DNA of 56,204 nucleotides, from positions 1 through 56,204 of IMG/VR virus record IMGVR_UViG_3300017417_000001. One strand, given 5' to 3'. This document shows positions 1 through 10,084 of this stretch, in pieces (position 1 is the first letter of the stretch; each line of letters starts with the position of its first letter). Both the position numbers and the translations under genes were made by a program. This DNA is from a virus. The notes beneath the pieces were generated by a model. That model searched no databases. It saw only the letters and a list, made by a program, of their open reading frames with translations, and was not told where the DNA came from.

Positions 1-123
1 AGCCACCACCGCGCCTCAGCCTGATCGAATGGTCTGACACCTATCGGCGCGTGTCGGGAAAGAACTCGGCCCAGCCCGGCCAATGGCGAACCGCCGTGCA
101 GCCGGCGGCTATGGGACCCATGC
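1..123. repeat. Terminal direct repeat, left copy; circular-closure overlap
   Basis: Bases 1-123 recur base for base at 56082-56204. The terminase ORF is continuous across the implied junction. Confidence 0.95.
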
Positions 124-2069
124 TTGCGGTCACTAAGGCCGACACCTTTATCGTGACGGTGGTGGCCGCCACGCAGGTGCTCAAGTCCGAGCTCCTGATA
201 AACACGGCGTTGTATTTTATCCACCTCGACCCGTCGCCGATCCTGTTCGTGCAGCCGTCGCAGAAGGCGGCCGAGAGCTTCTCGAAGGAGCGCTTCCAGC
301 CGACGGTCGCGGAGACGCCGGTGCTGCGCGCGCTGATCAAGCCGCCAAAAGCCCGCGGCTCCGAGAACACGATCACCCACAAGGATTACCCGGGCGGCTC
401 GCTCGACTTCGTCGGCTCCGAATCGCCGACCGATCTCGCGTCCCGCCCGAAGCGCGTTGTCCTATGCGACGAGATCAACAAGTACCCGCCGAGCGCGGGC
501 AAGGAAGGCGATCCGCTCCTGCTCGCTGAGGAGCGCGCCTCGACCTACAAGGACGTGCGTCGGCACAAGTTCGTGCGGGTGTGCTCGCCGACCGTGAAGG
601 ACGCCTGCCGGATCACCGGCGAGTACGAGAAGAGCGACCGGCGCCAGTGCTTCGTCGCCTGCCCGCACTGCGAGCATGAGCAGACGCTGGCCTGGGCGCA
701 GGTCCGGTGGGTGAAGGTCTTGGCCGACGGCTCGGAGACCTTCGACCCGCCGCCGAACGCCGAAGTCGTCTACCACAAGGCCGAAACGGCCGTGATCACC
801 TGCCGCGAGTGCGGCGAGCCCTGGACCGAGACGGAACGGCGCGAGGCGTTGCGCGCGCTAGAACACCGGTCGGATTACGGCTGGCGGCAGACCGCGCGAT
901 TCACCTGCTGCGGCGAAGAGCAGACGCCCGAGACCTGGGATGATGAGGGCCGGTCGCGCTGCGGCCATTGCGGCGAGCGCTCAACCTTCGACGGGCATGC
1001 TGGCTTCCACGTCTCGAAGTTGCTGTCGGCCCGGCACCGCCTCGCCGACGTGGTGCGCGAGTTCGTAAACGCCCGGAAGGATCCCGAGGCGCTGCGCAAG
1101 TGGACGAACACCGGCCTCGCTGAGACCTGGGAGCACCAGGCCGGCGAGGGCATGGACGGCTCGCACCTCATCAACCGGGCCGAGCCCTACGGACCGGACG
1201 ACCTGCCCGACGCGGTGCGCGTCATCACCGGCTTCTGCGACGTGCAGGGCGATCGCCTCGAGGTGCAACTCGTCGGGTGGGGGCAGGACGAAGAAGCCTG
1301 GCCCTTCCTCTACGAAGTGATCAGCCTCGACCCGGCCGAGCCGCAGGCCTGGCGCGAACTCGATGCGCTCCGGGCCCGGGTGTTCACGACCTCCGAGGGC
1401 CGGAAGATCCGCATCGCCGCGTTCGGTGTCGACGTCGGCGGCCTGAATCATGCGGCCCAGGCGGTCGCCTACTGCCGCCGCCGCCGTGGGCAGCGCGTGT
1501 TCGCGACGATTGGCCGGGGCGGGAAGTATCCGATCTGGCCGATGCGTTCGTCGCGCTCGAAGGCCAACGATAAGATCTGGTTGATGGGCGTGGATGCCGC
1601 GAAGGACGCGATCTACGCGCGTCTGAAGATTGAGCCGCTCGCTCATCCCGAGGACGGCTCGGCACCGAAGCCTCACCCAGGTCTCATCCACTTCCCGATG
1701 CACGACAGCTTCGGGCCCGATTACTTCGAGCAGCTGACCGCGGAGCGGCGCGAGGTGCGCCGCCGACTCGGCCAGCAGGTCGTCGTCTGGATCACCCCTA
1801 AGGGCAAGCGCAACGAGGCGCTCGACACCTTCGTCGGCTGCCTCGCGGTCCGGAAGGCGCTGCCGCAGCGGATCGAGCGCGGCCTGGAATACGGGGTCGG
1901 CGCGCCGGCCGATGAGTCCGCGGCCCGTCCGCGCCCCGCCTACGTCCCGCCCGCGCACGTGGTCGAAGCCGCCCGCGCCGAACCCGAACCGACACGACCC
2001 GAGCAACCGCAGACCCGCCGCCAGGCCCAAGCGCCACGGCGATCCGGCTGGCTGTCACCAAGGAGATGA
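3..2069 (+). CDS. Terminase large subunit, lambda GpA family (3' part; true start is the ATG at 56009, across the circular junction)
   Basis: The frame of ORF 51..2069 stays open back to base 3 (PPPRLSLIEWSDTYRRVSGKNSAQPGQWRT, a typical GpA N-terminal motif). It has a CPHCEHEQ zinc-ribbon-like segment, is about 690 aa in total, and follows a Nu1-like small subunit. Confidence 0.92.
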   Translation, partial: PPPRLSLIEWSDTYRRVSGKNSAQPGQWRTAVQPAAMGPMLAVTKADTFIVTVVAATQVLKSELLINTALYFIHLDPSPILFVQPSQKAAESFSKERFQPTVAETPVLRALIKPPKARGSENTITHKDYPGGSLDFVGSESPTDLASRPKRVVLCDEINKYPPSAGKEGDPLLLAEERASTYKDVRRHKFVRVCSPTVKDACRITGEYEKSDRRQCFVACPHCEHEQTLAWAQVRWVKVLADGSETFDPPPNAEVVYHKAETAVITCRECGEPWTETERREALRALEHRSDYGWRQTARFTCCGEEQTPETWDDEGRSRCGHCGERSTFDGHAGFHVSKLLSARHRLADVVREFVNARKDPEALRKWTNTGLAETWEHQAGEGMDGSHLINRAEPYGPDDLPDAVRVITGFCDVQGDRLEVQLVGWGQDEEAWPFLYEVISLDPAEPQAWRELDALRARVFTTSEGRKIRIAAFGVDVGGLNHAAQAVAYCRRRRGQRVFATIGRGGKYPIWPMRSSRSKANDKIWLMGVDAAKDAIYARLKIEPLAHPEDGSAPKPHPGLIHFPMHDSFGPDYFEQLTAERREVRRRLGQQVVVWITPKGKRNEALDTFVGCLAVRKALPQRIERGLEYGVGAPADESAARPRPAYVPPAHVVEAARAEPEPTRPEQPQTRRQAQAPRRSGWLSPRR

Positions 2070-2575
2070 CCATGACCACGTCCAAGGCTGACTTCCAGGC
2101 GCTCGCCGACAAGGGCGCCGGCTCGCTGATCAAGGTGAGCGGCGTGTGGAGCTATCCCGGCGCGCAGGTGGATGTCTCCGGCACCAACTTGCGCCTGCCG
2201 CTGGAGTACGTCTCCGACGCCGACGTCCAGGAAGGTCTGCGCGACGGCACGCTGGTGGCCGCCGTGAACGATCCCTACGGCCACGTCAGCGCCGTGCGCA
2301 TCGCTCAGGAAGGCATCACTGTCGTCCCGGCCGGCCTCACCGGCACCGCCGAGATGGGCACCGAGCTGCCGCCGAACTCCCGGCCCGAGCACGATGCCGG
2401 CCGCCTTCCGATCTCGCAGGTGCAGGCCGAGCGCCAGACCGTCGCGGGGCTCACCGGTGAGGGCTCCGAGATCCAGGGCCGTCAGCCGGCCGACGATCCG
2501 GCCCGCACCGATGGCCTGACCGGCTCGTTCGGCAAGGAGAAGACCCAGGACGCCGGCGCGCGCCGCGGCCGCTGA
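2066..2575 (+). CDS. Hypothetical protein between terminase and gpW
   Basis: 169-aa ORF whose start forms an ATGA overlap with the terminase stop. No motif recognised. Confidence 0.6.
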   Translation: MTMTTSKADFQALADKGAGSLIKVSGVWSYPGAQVDVSGTNLRLPLEYVSDADVQEGLRDGTLVAAVNDPYGHVSAVRIAQEGITVVPAGLTGTAEMGTELPPNSRPEHDAGRLPISQVQAERQTVAGLTGEGSEIQGRQPADDPARTDGLTGSFGKEKTQDAGARRGR

Positions 2576-2597
2576 CGCCCGAGCCCGAGAGCACGCG

Positions 2598-2816
2598 ATG
2601 GCGCTCGACTCCGCCCAGACGCAGATCCTGACCGCGCGGCTCGCCTCGATCGAGGGAGCCATCGCGTCGGGCGTCACGCGCGCCTCGTATGAGGGCAAGT
2701 CGACCGAGTTCCGGTCGCTCGCCGAAATGCGCTCGGTGCGAGACGACCTGCGCCGGCAGCTCGGGCTGAGAAGCCCGGGACGGCGCACCGTCGCCGGCTT
2801 CCGCAGCGGGTTCTGA
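2598..2816 (+). CDS. Head-tail joining protein, lambda gpW-like
   Basis: 72 aa, sited between terminase and portal as in lambda. The pattern LASIEGAIASGVTRASYEGKSTEFRSLAEMRSVRDDL resembles gpW. Confidence 0.75.
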   Translation: MALDSAQTQILTARLASIEGAIASGVTRASYEGKSTEFRSLAEMRSVRDDLRRQLGLRSPGRRTVAGFRSGF

Positions 2817-2820
2817 CGCC

Positions 2821-4359
2821 GTGCCGTCGCCCAACTGGATCGACAAGGCACTCAGCTACGTGGCGCCCCAGCGCGCCGAGAAGCGGCTTGCCGCCCGGCA
2901 GCGCATCCAGCGGATGTCGACGGCCCGCAACCTCTACGACGCCGCCACGCTGGGCCGGCGCGCGAACGGCTGGCGCCGGATCTCGACCGACGCGAACTCC
3001 GAGAACCGCTACGCCCTGCGCCTGCTGCGCGACGCGGCGCGGGACATGGTGCGCAACAACGCCTTCGCGTTCCGGGCCAAGTCGACGATCAAGCACAACG
3101 TGGTCGGCGCCGGGATCCTACCGCAGGTCAAGGCGGCGCGCCCGGAGCGCAAGAAGCAGATCAACGACCTGCTGAAGCTCCACTTCGACACGACCGACAT
3201 CGACGCGGACGGCCGGACCAACCTCTATGGTATCCAGGCCATGGTCATGGCCACCGTGGTCGAGGCCGGCGAGTGCCTGATCCGGAAGCGGGTGCGGCGC
3301 CCAACCGACGGGTACGCCCTGCCGTTTCAGCTGCAGGTCCTGGAGCCCGACTTCCTCGACACGAATTACGACGGGCCGCTCCCGAACGGGAACACCTGCA
3401 TCCAAGGGATCGAGTTCGACCTCCGCGGCAAGCGGGTGGCGTACTACCTCTACGACCAGCACCCGGGCGCGGTGTTCGGCGGCGCGGTGAGCCTGCCGCG
3501 TGGGCGGCGCGTCTCGGCCGACTTCGTCGCCCACATCTACCGGGTCGACCGGCCCGGGCAGGTCCGAGGCGTGTCGTGGTTCGCCCCCGTCATGGTGCGG
3601 ATGCGCGACTTCGCCGACTACACCGACGCGCAGCTGATGCGCCAGAAGATCGCCGCCTGCTTCGCGGCCTTCATCACCTCGGAGGAGGACTTCGACGCGG
3701 GCGGCGCGATCGGCGAGGACGGCAGCATCAGCGCCAACGACGGCGCCAGCCCGTACCCGGTCGAGAGCTTCGAGCCGGGCATGATCGAGCGGCTGCGGCC
3801 CGGGGAGACCGTGACGGCCTTCCAGCCGCCGACGACCGCGGACTTCCAGCCGTACTACTCGACCACGCTGCACGAGATCGCGGCCGGCCTGAACATCCCA
3901 TTCGAGTCGCTGACCGTCGATCTGAGCGAGGTGAGCTTCATCAGCGGGCGCCTCGGCCGGATCGAGTTCCACACGTCGGTCGATGACTGGCGCTGGAACA
4001 TGCTCATCCCGCAGATGATGGGGCCCCTCGCAGCGTGGACGCTGGAGGCGGCTTCTGTCGCGACGGGATCAAGCGAGCCGTTCACGCTCGGGTGGACCCC
4101 GCCCCGGTGGGAGATGCTGGACCCGGCGGCCGAGGTCGCGGCCTCGAGCGCCGCCATTCGTAACGGCCTGACCTGGCGCAGCGAGGAGCTGCGCAAGAAC
4201 GGCATCGACCCCGACGACTGGCTCGCCGGAATGGTCGCCGACAACGCCCTGGCCGACGCGAACGGCATCGTCCTCGATTCGGATCCGCGGACCACCACCC
4301 TGCGCGGCGCCCAGCAGAAGTCCGACAACGCGAAGCTGCCGGATGCGCTCGCCCCCTGA
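2821..4359 (+). CDS. Portal protein, lambda gpB type
   Basis: 512 aa with a GTG start, in the lambda order A-W-B. Looks like the Phage_portal_2 family (FQLQVLEPDFLD, YRVDRPGQVRGVSWFAP). Confidence 0.9.
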   Translation: MPSPNWIDKALSYVAPQRAEKRLAARQRIQRMSTARNLYDAATLGRRANGWRRISTDANSENRYALRLLRDAARDMVRNNAFAFRAKSTIKHNVVGAGILPQVKAARPERKKQINDLLKLHFDTTDIDADGRTNLYGIQAMVMATVVEAGECLIRKRVRRPTDGYALPFQLQVLEPDFLDTNYDGPLPNGNTCIQGIEFDLRGKRVAYYLYDQHPGAVFGGAVSLPRGRRVSADFVAHIYRVDRPGQVRGVSWFAPVMVRMRDFADYTDAQLMRQKIAACFAAFITSEEDFDAGGAIGEDGSISANDGASPYPVESFEPGMIERLRPGETVTAFQPPTTADFQPYYSTTLHEIAAGLNIPFESLTVDLSEVSFISGRLGRIEFHTSVDDWRWNMLIPQMMGPLAAWTLEAASVATGSSEPFTLGWTPPRWEMLDPAAEVAASSAAIRNGLTWRSEELRKNGIDPDDWLAGMVADNALADANGIVLDSDPRTTTLRGAQQKSDNAKLPDALAP

Positions 4360-4373
4360 ACACGGACCACAGC

Positions 4374-6545
4374 ATGACCAAGCCACGCAGGCCCGCGAAG
4401 GGCGCCGGCGCGCGCGCCGACATGCAGGGCACTCGCTCGCTCGTGATGAACGGCGAGCTGATGCTCTACGGCGTCGTCGACAGCTACATCGATGCTTACG
4501 ACCCGGTCGGCGCCGTCGTGCGCTCGCTCGACGTCATGGGCTCGATCATCGAGCTCGCCGACCAGCCGCGGCTGAGCGTGCGCATCAACTCCCCGGGCGG
4601 CAACGTCATGGAGGGGCTGTCGATCTTCAACGCCCTGCGCAACGCGGGCAAGCCGATCGACATCCACATCGACGCCATGGCCGCCTCGATCGCCTCGGTG
4701 ATCGCGATGGCCGGCGACACGATCACGATCGCCGACACCGGCACGATCATGATCCACAACCCCTGGGACGTGGCGGTCGGCGATGCCGACGACATGCGCC
4801 AGCGGGCCGACGAGATCGACCGTCTGAAGGCGATCGTCGTCGACATCTACGCCAAGCGCACCGGGCTCGACCCGGCCGAGATCGACGCGCTGATGACCGC
4901 CGAGACCTTCATGTCCGCAGACGACGCGGTCGAGCGCGGCTTCGCAGATTCGGTCGAGCAGGGCTTGGCCATCGCCGCGTGCGCGCGGCTGACCCGAGAG
5001 GATCTGGGGCGTCTCAATGCTCCGGTGTCGGCCCGCGCGGCGCGCGGCTCGACCGTCACGGCTGCCGCGCCCGCGGTTCAGCCCCAACCTGCGGCCCCCG
5101 CCGCGCCCCCTGAGGAGAAGCCCGCGATGGCTGAAAACACCCCCGCCGGCGGCTCCGCTGCTCCGGCCGTTCCCGCGCACACCCCGGCTCCCGCCCCGGC
5201 GCCGGCCGTCGATCAGGGCGCGTTGCGCCGTGAGGCGACCGAGGCCGAGCGCGGCCGCGTCACCGGCATCCTGGCCGCGGCGCGCTCCGCGAAGTTCGAC
5301 CCGACCGACGCCTTCGTGACCGGGCTCATCCAGAACAGCATCGACCTGCAGGCGGCCCGCACCGCGATCCTCGACCGCTGGTCCGAGACCCAGAACGCCC
5401 GGCAGGACAACCCGCCCGGTGGTGAGCGTCCGTCCGGCATCGAAGTCCAGGCAGACGCGGTTGACCGCTGGGCCGAGGGCGCCGAGCGAGGCCTGATGAT
5501 CCGCACCGGCCTCGCCCGGGCCGAGGACAAGGATCGCGGCAACGAGTTCGTCGGCCTCACCCTGGCCGAGCTCGCCCGCTCCTCGCTGACCGTCCGCAAC
5601 ATGAAGTCCGGCGGCGAGAACCGCATGGCCATGGTCGGCCGGGCCTTCACCGTCCGCAACAGCGGTCCGGGCTTCCACTCGACCTCGGACTTCCCGAGCA
5701 TCCTCCAGAACGTCGCCTACCGCGCCGTGCTGAAGGGCTACCAGGAGGTCGACGAGACCTTCCCGCTCTGGACCGGCAAGGGCACGGCCTCGGATTTCCG
5801 CCCGATCTCCCGCGTCGACATGGGCTTGTTCCCGTCGCTCGGGAAGGTCGAGGAGGGCGCCGAGTACACCTACGCCACCATGGGCGACACCGGCACCGTG
5901 GTGCAGGTCGCGACCTACGGGCGCCTGTTCGCCATCACCCGCCAGGCCATCATCAACGACGACCTGCAGTTCTTCCAGCGGGTGCCGGAGCGGATGGGCC
6001 GCGCCGCCAAGCGCACGATCGGCAACCTCGTCTACGCGACGCTGAACGTGAACCCGGTCATGCAGGACGGCGTCGCCCTGTTCAACGCGGCGCACGGCAA
6101 CCTCGCCACCAACTCGGCGCCCCCGAGCGTCGTTACCCTCGCGGCCGCCATGGCGGCGATGCAGGTACAGACCGACACCAGTGGCATCGGCACCGGCGGC
6201 GGCGTCATGCCGAAGTTCGTGCTCACCCCGCCGGCCCTGTGGATGCCGACCAAGGTCGCGATCACCTCGGCGAACTACCCGGGCGACCCCGCCTCGGTGG
6301 CCAACCCGATCCGGGACATGTTCACCCCGATCGCCGACAGCCGCCTGACCGGCTCGGCTTGGTACATGGCCGCGGATCCGAACCAGCAGGACACGATCGA
6401 GGTCACGTACCTCGACGGCGTCGAGGAGCCCTTCCTCGACCAGAAGGATGGCTGGACCGTCGACGGGACCGAGATGAAGGTCCGGATCGATGCGGGTGTG
6501 AAGGCCCTCCACTGGCGCGGTCTCTACCGCAACATCGGCGCCTGA
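4374..6545 (+). CDS. Fusion of prohead protease (ClpP/S14-like), Ala/Pro-rich scaffold linker and HK97-fold major capsid protein
   Basis: The N-terminal part carries Clp-protease motifs (INSPGGNVMEGLSIFNAL, AASIASVIAMAGD, IMIHNPW). The middle is a PAAPAAPPEE linker. The C-terminal about 350 aa looks like a major capsid protein (ATYGRLFAITRQAIINDDL, LFNAAHGNL). Confidence 0.85.
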   Translation: MTKPRRPAKGAGARADMQGTRSLVMNGELMLYGVVDSYIDAYDPVGAVVRSLDVMGSIIELADQPRLSVRINSPGGNVMEGLSIFNALRNAGKPIDIHIDAMAASIASVIAMAGDTITIADTGTIMIHNPWDVAVGDADDMRQRADEIDRLKAIVVDIYAKRTGLDPAEIDALMTAETFMSADDAVERGFADSVEQGLAIAACARLTREDLGRLNAPVSARAARGSTVTAAAPAVQPQPAAPAAPPEEKPAMAENTPAGGSAAPAVPAHTPAPAPAPAVDQGALRREATEAERGRVTGILAAARSAKFDPTDAFVTGLIQNSIDLQAARTAILDRWSETQNARQDNPPGGERPSGIEVQADAVDRWAEGAERGLMIRTGLARAEDKDRGNEFVGLTLAELARSSLTVRNMKSGGENRMAMVGRAFTVRNSGPGFHSTSDFPSILQNVAYRAVLKGYQEVDETFPLWTGKGTASDFRPISRVDMGLFPSLGKVEEGAEYTYATMGDTGTVVQVATYGRLFAITRQAIINDDLQFFQRVPERMGRAAKRTIGNLVYATLNVNPVMQDGVALFNAAHGNLATNSAPPSVVTLAAAMAAMQVQTDTSGIGTGGGVMPKFVLTPPALWMPTKVAITSANYPGDPASVANPIRDMFTPIADSRLTGSAWYMAADPNQQDTIEVTYLDGVEEPFLDQKDGWTVDGTEMKVRIDAGVKALHWRGLYRNIGA

Positions 6546-6640
6546 TCGCCGCGCGGACGGCCGTAACAGCCGGCCGCATCCTCACCCCACCCTGAACTCT
6601 CGGTCCGCGCGGGCGCGTCCCGCCGGCGCAGGAGCGCGTC

Positions 6641-6967
6641 ATGAAGAACTTCATCATGGAGGGCGACACCCTCACCGTCCCGGCTCCGGCCGGCGGCGCC
6701 GTGAGCGGCTCTCCCGTCATCATTGGCCTCATGGTCGGCATCGCCACCACCACCCAGCCGCAGGGCGCGCCCGTCGCCGTAAAGACCCGCGGCGTGTTCG
6801 AGTTGCCGAAGGCGTCCACCGAGGCCTGGACCATCGGGCAGGCCATCTACTGGACCGGCACGGCGGCCACCTCCACGTCGGGCGGCACGCTGCTCGGCTA
6901 CGCCTCAGAACCGGCGGCCAACCCCTCGGCCGTCGGTCGCGTCCGCCTGATCCCGCGCGCCGCCTGA
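6641..6967 (+). CDS. DUF2190-family small head protein (decoration/cement-like)
   Basis: 108 aa immediately after the capsid gene. Typical DUF2190 pattern (GDTLTVPAPAGG..SG.PV..G...GIA, AVKTRGVFELPK). Confidence 0.75.
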   Translation: MKNFIMEGDTLTVPAPAGGAVSGSPVIIGLMVGIATTTQPQGAPVAVKTRGVFELPKASTEAWTIGQAIYWTGTAATSTSGGTLLGYASEPAANPSAVGRVRLIPRAA

Positions 6968-6971
6968 CGCC

Positions 6972-7346
6972 GTGATCGACTTCGCCGCCCTGACGCTCGC
7001 GCCGTGCATCGACATCTTCGCACGGCCGATCATCATCACCCCGCAGGCCTCACAGCCCGCGCGGCGTGAGGGCGGCGTCATCGTCCCGGCCGGCCAGCCC
7101 TTCGCCTCCCGGGGCGTCTGGGCGAGCCGGCCGATCGACGTGCCCACCGAGGACGGCATCATGTCGTCCCAAGCGCACACGCTCGGCATCCAGGCTAGCG
7201 ACTTCACCGTTCAGCTAGCGCCCGGCGACCTGGTTGAGATCCCGGCCGCCGGCAGCCTGCCGCGCATCGGCATCTGCGAGATTGAGGACACCGATGACGA
7301 CGGCCAGGGCGGCACGATGCTGTCCCTTAAGGTCGTCGGTCCGTGA
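6972..7346 (+). CDS. Putative head-tail connector/adaptor protein
   Basis: 124-aa ORF with a GTG start, sited between the head and tail genes. Function inferred from position only. Confidence 0.55.
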   Translation: MIDFAALTLAPCIDIFARPIIITPQASQPARREGGVIVPAGQPFASRGVWASRPIDVPTEDGIMSSQAHTLGIQASDFTVQLAPGDLVEIPAAGSLPRIGICEIEDTDDDGQGGTMLSLKVVGP

Positions 7347-7906
7347 CCACCGCGGCCTTTGAGATTCGCGAGGCCATCATCGAGCGTCTCGCCGATGTGC
7401 CGGGCTACAAGACTCTGCCCCGTCGCGTGCCGCTGCCTCAGCAGCAGCCGAGCGACCTGCCGCAGCTGTCCGTGTTCATCATGGGCGAGCGGCTGACGCC
7501 CGAGGGCGATGCCGGCGCCTCCGCGCCCAGCTTCGTCGCCGAGATCACCATCGGCATCTCGGACATGCGAGGGTTCGCGACCCCGCTGGTTCTGGACGGC
7601 CAGAACGACACCGTGGTGGACATGATCGAGGAGCGGCTGCTCTGCGATCCGTCCTTCACCACCAAGGGGCCCGAGGCGCTGTTCGAAGCCGTGACCGGCA
7701 TCACGCGCCGCCGGGTCTACCCGCAGGACGGCGAGACATACTTCGCCGAGCTCCGGCTCGAGATGACCTTCCGCGTCCGCGTCGACTTCCCGCCGTTCGT
7801 GCCGGACGCCTTCCTCGACATGGCCGTGACGCTGAAGCGCCCCGGCCATCCCGGTGCGCCCGAGCCCGATTTCATCATTCCCGTCCCTCAGGAGGAGACG
7901 CCATGA
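7343..7906 (+). CDS. Putative tail-completion/neck protein
   Basis: 187-aa ORF overlapping both neighbours by 4 nt. Assigned by position only. Confidence 0.55.
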   Translation: MTTAAFEIREAIIERLADVPGYKTLPRRVPLPQQQPSDLPQLSVFIMGERLTPEGDAGASAPSFVAEITIGISDMRGFATPLVLDGQNDTVVDMIEERLLCDPSFTTKGPEALFEAVTGITRRRVYPQDGETYFAELRLEMTFRVRVDFPPFVPDAFLDMAVTLKRPGHPGAPEPDFIIPVPQEETP

Positions 7907-8151
7907 AGTTCCACGTGGAGCCCGTCTCCAAGAAGACCCAGGTGCCCCCGCATCCGATCGAGGGGCCGATGCCCGCCGAGGGCGGGGCCGACTGGATCGC
8001 CGATCAGTACACGCTGCGGCTCATCCTCGACGGCGTGATCCGCCGGACCGACGAGGATGATGCCGACGCCGCCGCGCAGGACACCGCCGCGCGCCGCCGC
8101 GCTGCCCCCGCCACCCCCGCGCCCGCCACGGGCAAGGCCCAGGAGGCCTGA
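7903..8151 (+). CDS. Hypothetical protein upstream of sheath
   Basis: 82-aa ORF with an ATGA overlap with the upstream gene. Confidence 0.5.
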   Translation: MKFHVEPVSKKTQVPPHPIEGPMPAEGGADWIADQYTLRLILDGVIRRTDEDDADAAAQDTAARRRAAPATPAPATGKAQEA

Positions 8152-8154
8152 TCC

Positions 8155-9669
8155 ATGCCCACGAACGGCGCCCTCTCCGATATCCCGGCGAACTGGAAGC
8201 AGCCGCTGTTCTGGCTGACCGTCGATGGCAGCCAGGCCGGCCTGTCGACCCAGCGCGAGCCCGTGCTGCAGATCGGGCAGATGCTCTCCCAGGGCGTCGC
8301 TGCCAAGAACGTCCCGATCGCCGTCGGCTCGCCCGAGAACGCGGCCGCGCTGTTCGGCTACGGCTCCATGCTGCACCGCATGGCCATCGTGCACTTCCGG
8401 ATCGCTCCGTACCACGAGCTCTGGATGATGGCGCTGGCCGATCCGGCCGCGGGCGTCGCCGCCACCGGCGCGATCGCGGTTACGACGGCGCCGACCACGG
8501 CCGGCACCATCCCGTTCTACATCGCCGGGCAGAACGTCAACGTCCTGGCCAATGGCTCGGACACGGCCGGGCAGCTCGCGACCAAGATCGCGGCGGCCAT
8601 CAACGCCATCGCGATGCTGCCGGTCTCGGCGGCGGTCGACGGCACCAACCCGGCAAAGGTCAACCTGACCTGCGACTGGAAGGGGCTGACCGGCAACGAC
8701 ATCCAGCTGCTCGATTGCTTCTACGGTTCGATCGGCGGCGAAACGCTGCCGGCCGGCCTCGTGCTCGCCTACACTGCGATGTCCGGGGGCACCGGCTCGC
8801 CCGACATGACGGCCGCAATCCCGGCGCTGGGCGACGACGAGTACGACTACGTCGCGCTGCCCTACACCGATTCCGTCACGCTCGCCCTCTGGGAGATCGA
8901 GTACGGCTTCACCCCATCCGGCCGCTGGGGCTGGGCCCGGCAGCTGTATGGCGGCATCTTTTCGGCGCGGCGCGACACCTACGCGAACCTGATGACGTTC
9001 GGGCCGACCCGGAACTCGCCGAACGTCTCGATCATGCCGGTCGAGCCGACTGCCCAGGCGCCGATCTGGGAGATCACGGCGGCCTACGCCGCGGCCGCCG
9101 CCGACGCGCTGCTCAACGCCCCGGCCCGTCCGCTTCACACCCTGGAGTTCACCGGCATCCTGCCGGCGCAGCGTCAGGGCCGATTCAACGGCAACCAGCG
9201 GCAGGCCCTGGCCACCGCCGGGCTCGCCATGCAGGGCGTCGCGCCGTCTGGCGACATGATGATCCTGCGCGAGCAGACGACCTACCAGGTCAACCAGTAC
9301 GGCCAGTCCGACGACGCCTACGAGCTCGTCACCACGCTGTTCACCCTCGCCCGCCTGTTTCGGCGGATGAAGTCGTCGGTCACCTCGAAGTTCGGCCGGC
9401 ACCAGCTGGCGAACGACGACACGGCCTTCGCGGACGGCCTGGCGATCGTCACGCCCTCAATCGTCAAGTCCGAGCTGTTGTCGGAGTACAACTCGGCGGT
9501 CTTCGACGGGCTCGCCGAGGACTTCGAGAACTTCAAGAACAACCTCTCGGTGACCCGGGATCAGAATATCCCGACCCGCCTCAACGTCGTCTACCCGCCG
9601 GACATCGCCAATGGCCTGCGCACGTTAGCCGTCCTGGCTCAGTTCCGCCTGCAGTTCGGCCGCGCCTGA
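8155..9669 (+). CDS. Contractile tail sheath protein (Mu gpL / P2 FI-like)
   Basis: 504 aa, followed by tube, chaperone and tape-measure genes. The N-terminus (PLFWLTVDGSQAG) and overall size are typical of sheath proteins. Confidence 0.88.
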   Translation: MPTNGALSDIPANWKQPLFWLTVDGSQAGLSTQREPVLQIGQMLSQGVAAKNVPIAVGSPENAAALFGYGSMLHRMAIVHFRIAPYHELWMMALADPAAGVAATGAIAVTTAPTTAGTIPFYIAGQNVNVLANGSDTAGQLATKIAAAINAIAMLPVSAAVDGTNPAKVNLTCDWKGLTGNDIQLLDCFYGSIGGETLPAGLVLAYTAMSGGTGSPDMTAAIPALGDDEYDYVALPYTDSVTLALWEIEYGFTPSGRWGWARQLYGGIFSARRDTYANLMTFGPTRNSPNVSIMPVEPTAQAPIWEITAAYAAAAADALLNAPARPLHTLEFTGILPAQRQGRFNGNQRQALATAGLAMQGVAPSGDMMILREQTTYQVNQYGQSDDAYELVTTLFTLARLFRRMKSSVTSKFGRHQLANDDTAFADGLAIVTPSIVKSELLSEYNSAVFDGLAEDFENFKNNLSVTRDQNIPTRLNVVYPPDIANGLRTLAVLAQFRLQFGRA

Positions 9670-9724
9670 CGCGCGGGCTCTCACCGGGCCCTCGCGGCCG
9701 ATCTCACATTCGGAGGCCTAGATC

Positions 9725-10084
9725 ATGGGCAAGCGCATCGCCGGCACGGCGTACATCACGGCGGACGGCGTGCAGCTGGCGCTCCGCGGCAATCTGAGCG
9801 TCAGCATCTCGGCCTACGAGCGCACCGGCATCGCCGGCCTCGATCGCGTGCACGGATACGAGGAGCGGCCGCGCGTGCCGTTCATCGAGTGCGATGTCTC
9901 GCTGGGGAACGACACCACCATTGCGCAGCTGTCGGCGATCACCGATGCGACGGTGGTGGCGAAGCTGGCGAACGGCCGGACCTACACGCTCTTCGACGCA
10001 TGGACCAAGGATGCCTTCGAGCTCAATGCCGAGCAGGGCATGACCCGGGTCCGGTTCGAAGGCCTGCGCGGGACTGAATTCTGA
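9725..10084 (+). CDS. Tail tube protein (Mu gpM-like)
   Basis: 119 aa directly after the sheath gene. The pattern GTAYITADGVQLALRGNLSVS...ERPRVPFIECDVS is typical of the tube family. Confidence 0.85.
   Translation: MGKRIAGTAYITADGVQLALRGNLSVSISAYERTGIAGLDRVHGYEERPRVPFIECDVSLGNDTTIAQLSAITDATVVAKLANGRTYTLFDAWTKDAFELNAEQGMTRVRFEGLRGTEF

Noticed and set aside
3855-6512. Very long antisense or alternative-frame ORFs, for example 3855..6512 (-, 885 aa), 7888..9402 (-), 10576..11832 (-), 23064..24743 (-), 39665..41218 (+) and 981..2030 (-).
   Set aside because: Their translations are dominated by R/G/A/P/H/D runs with no recognisable motifs. They lie opposite or overlapping genes with clear family signatures. 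Such shadow ORFs are expected in GC-rich DNA, where stop codons are rare off-frame.
6546-6640. The hairpin GGCCG-TAACAGC-CGGCC after the capsid gene, considered as a terminator.
   Set aside because: The stem is short and no T-run follows. The next gene is part of the same head module, so at most this would be an attenuator. The evidence is insufficient.
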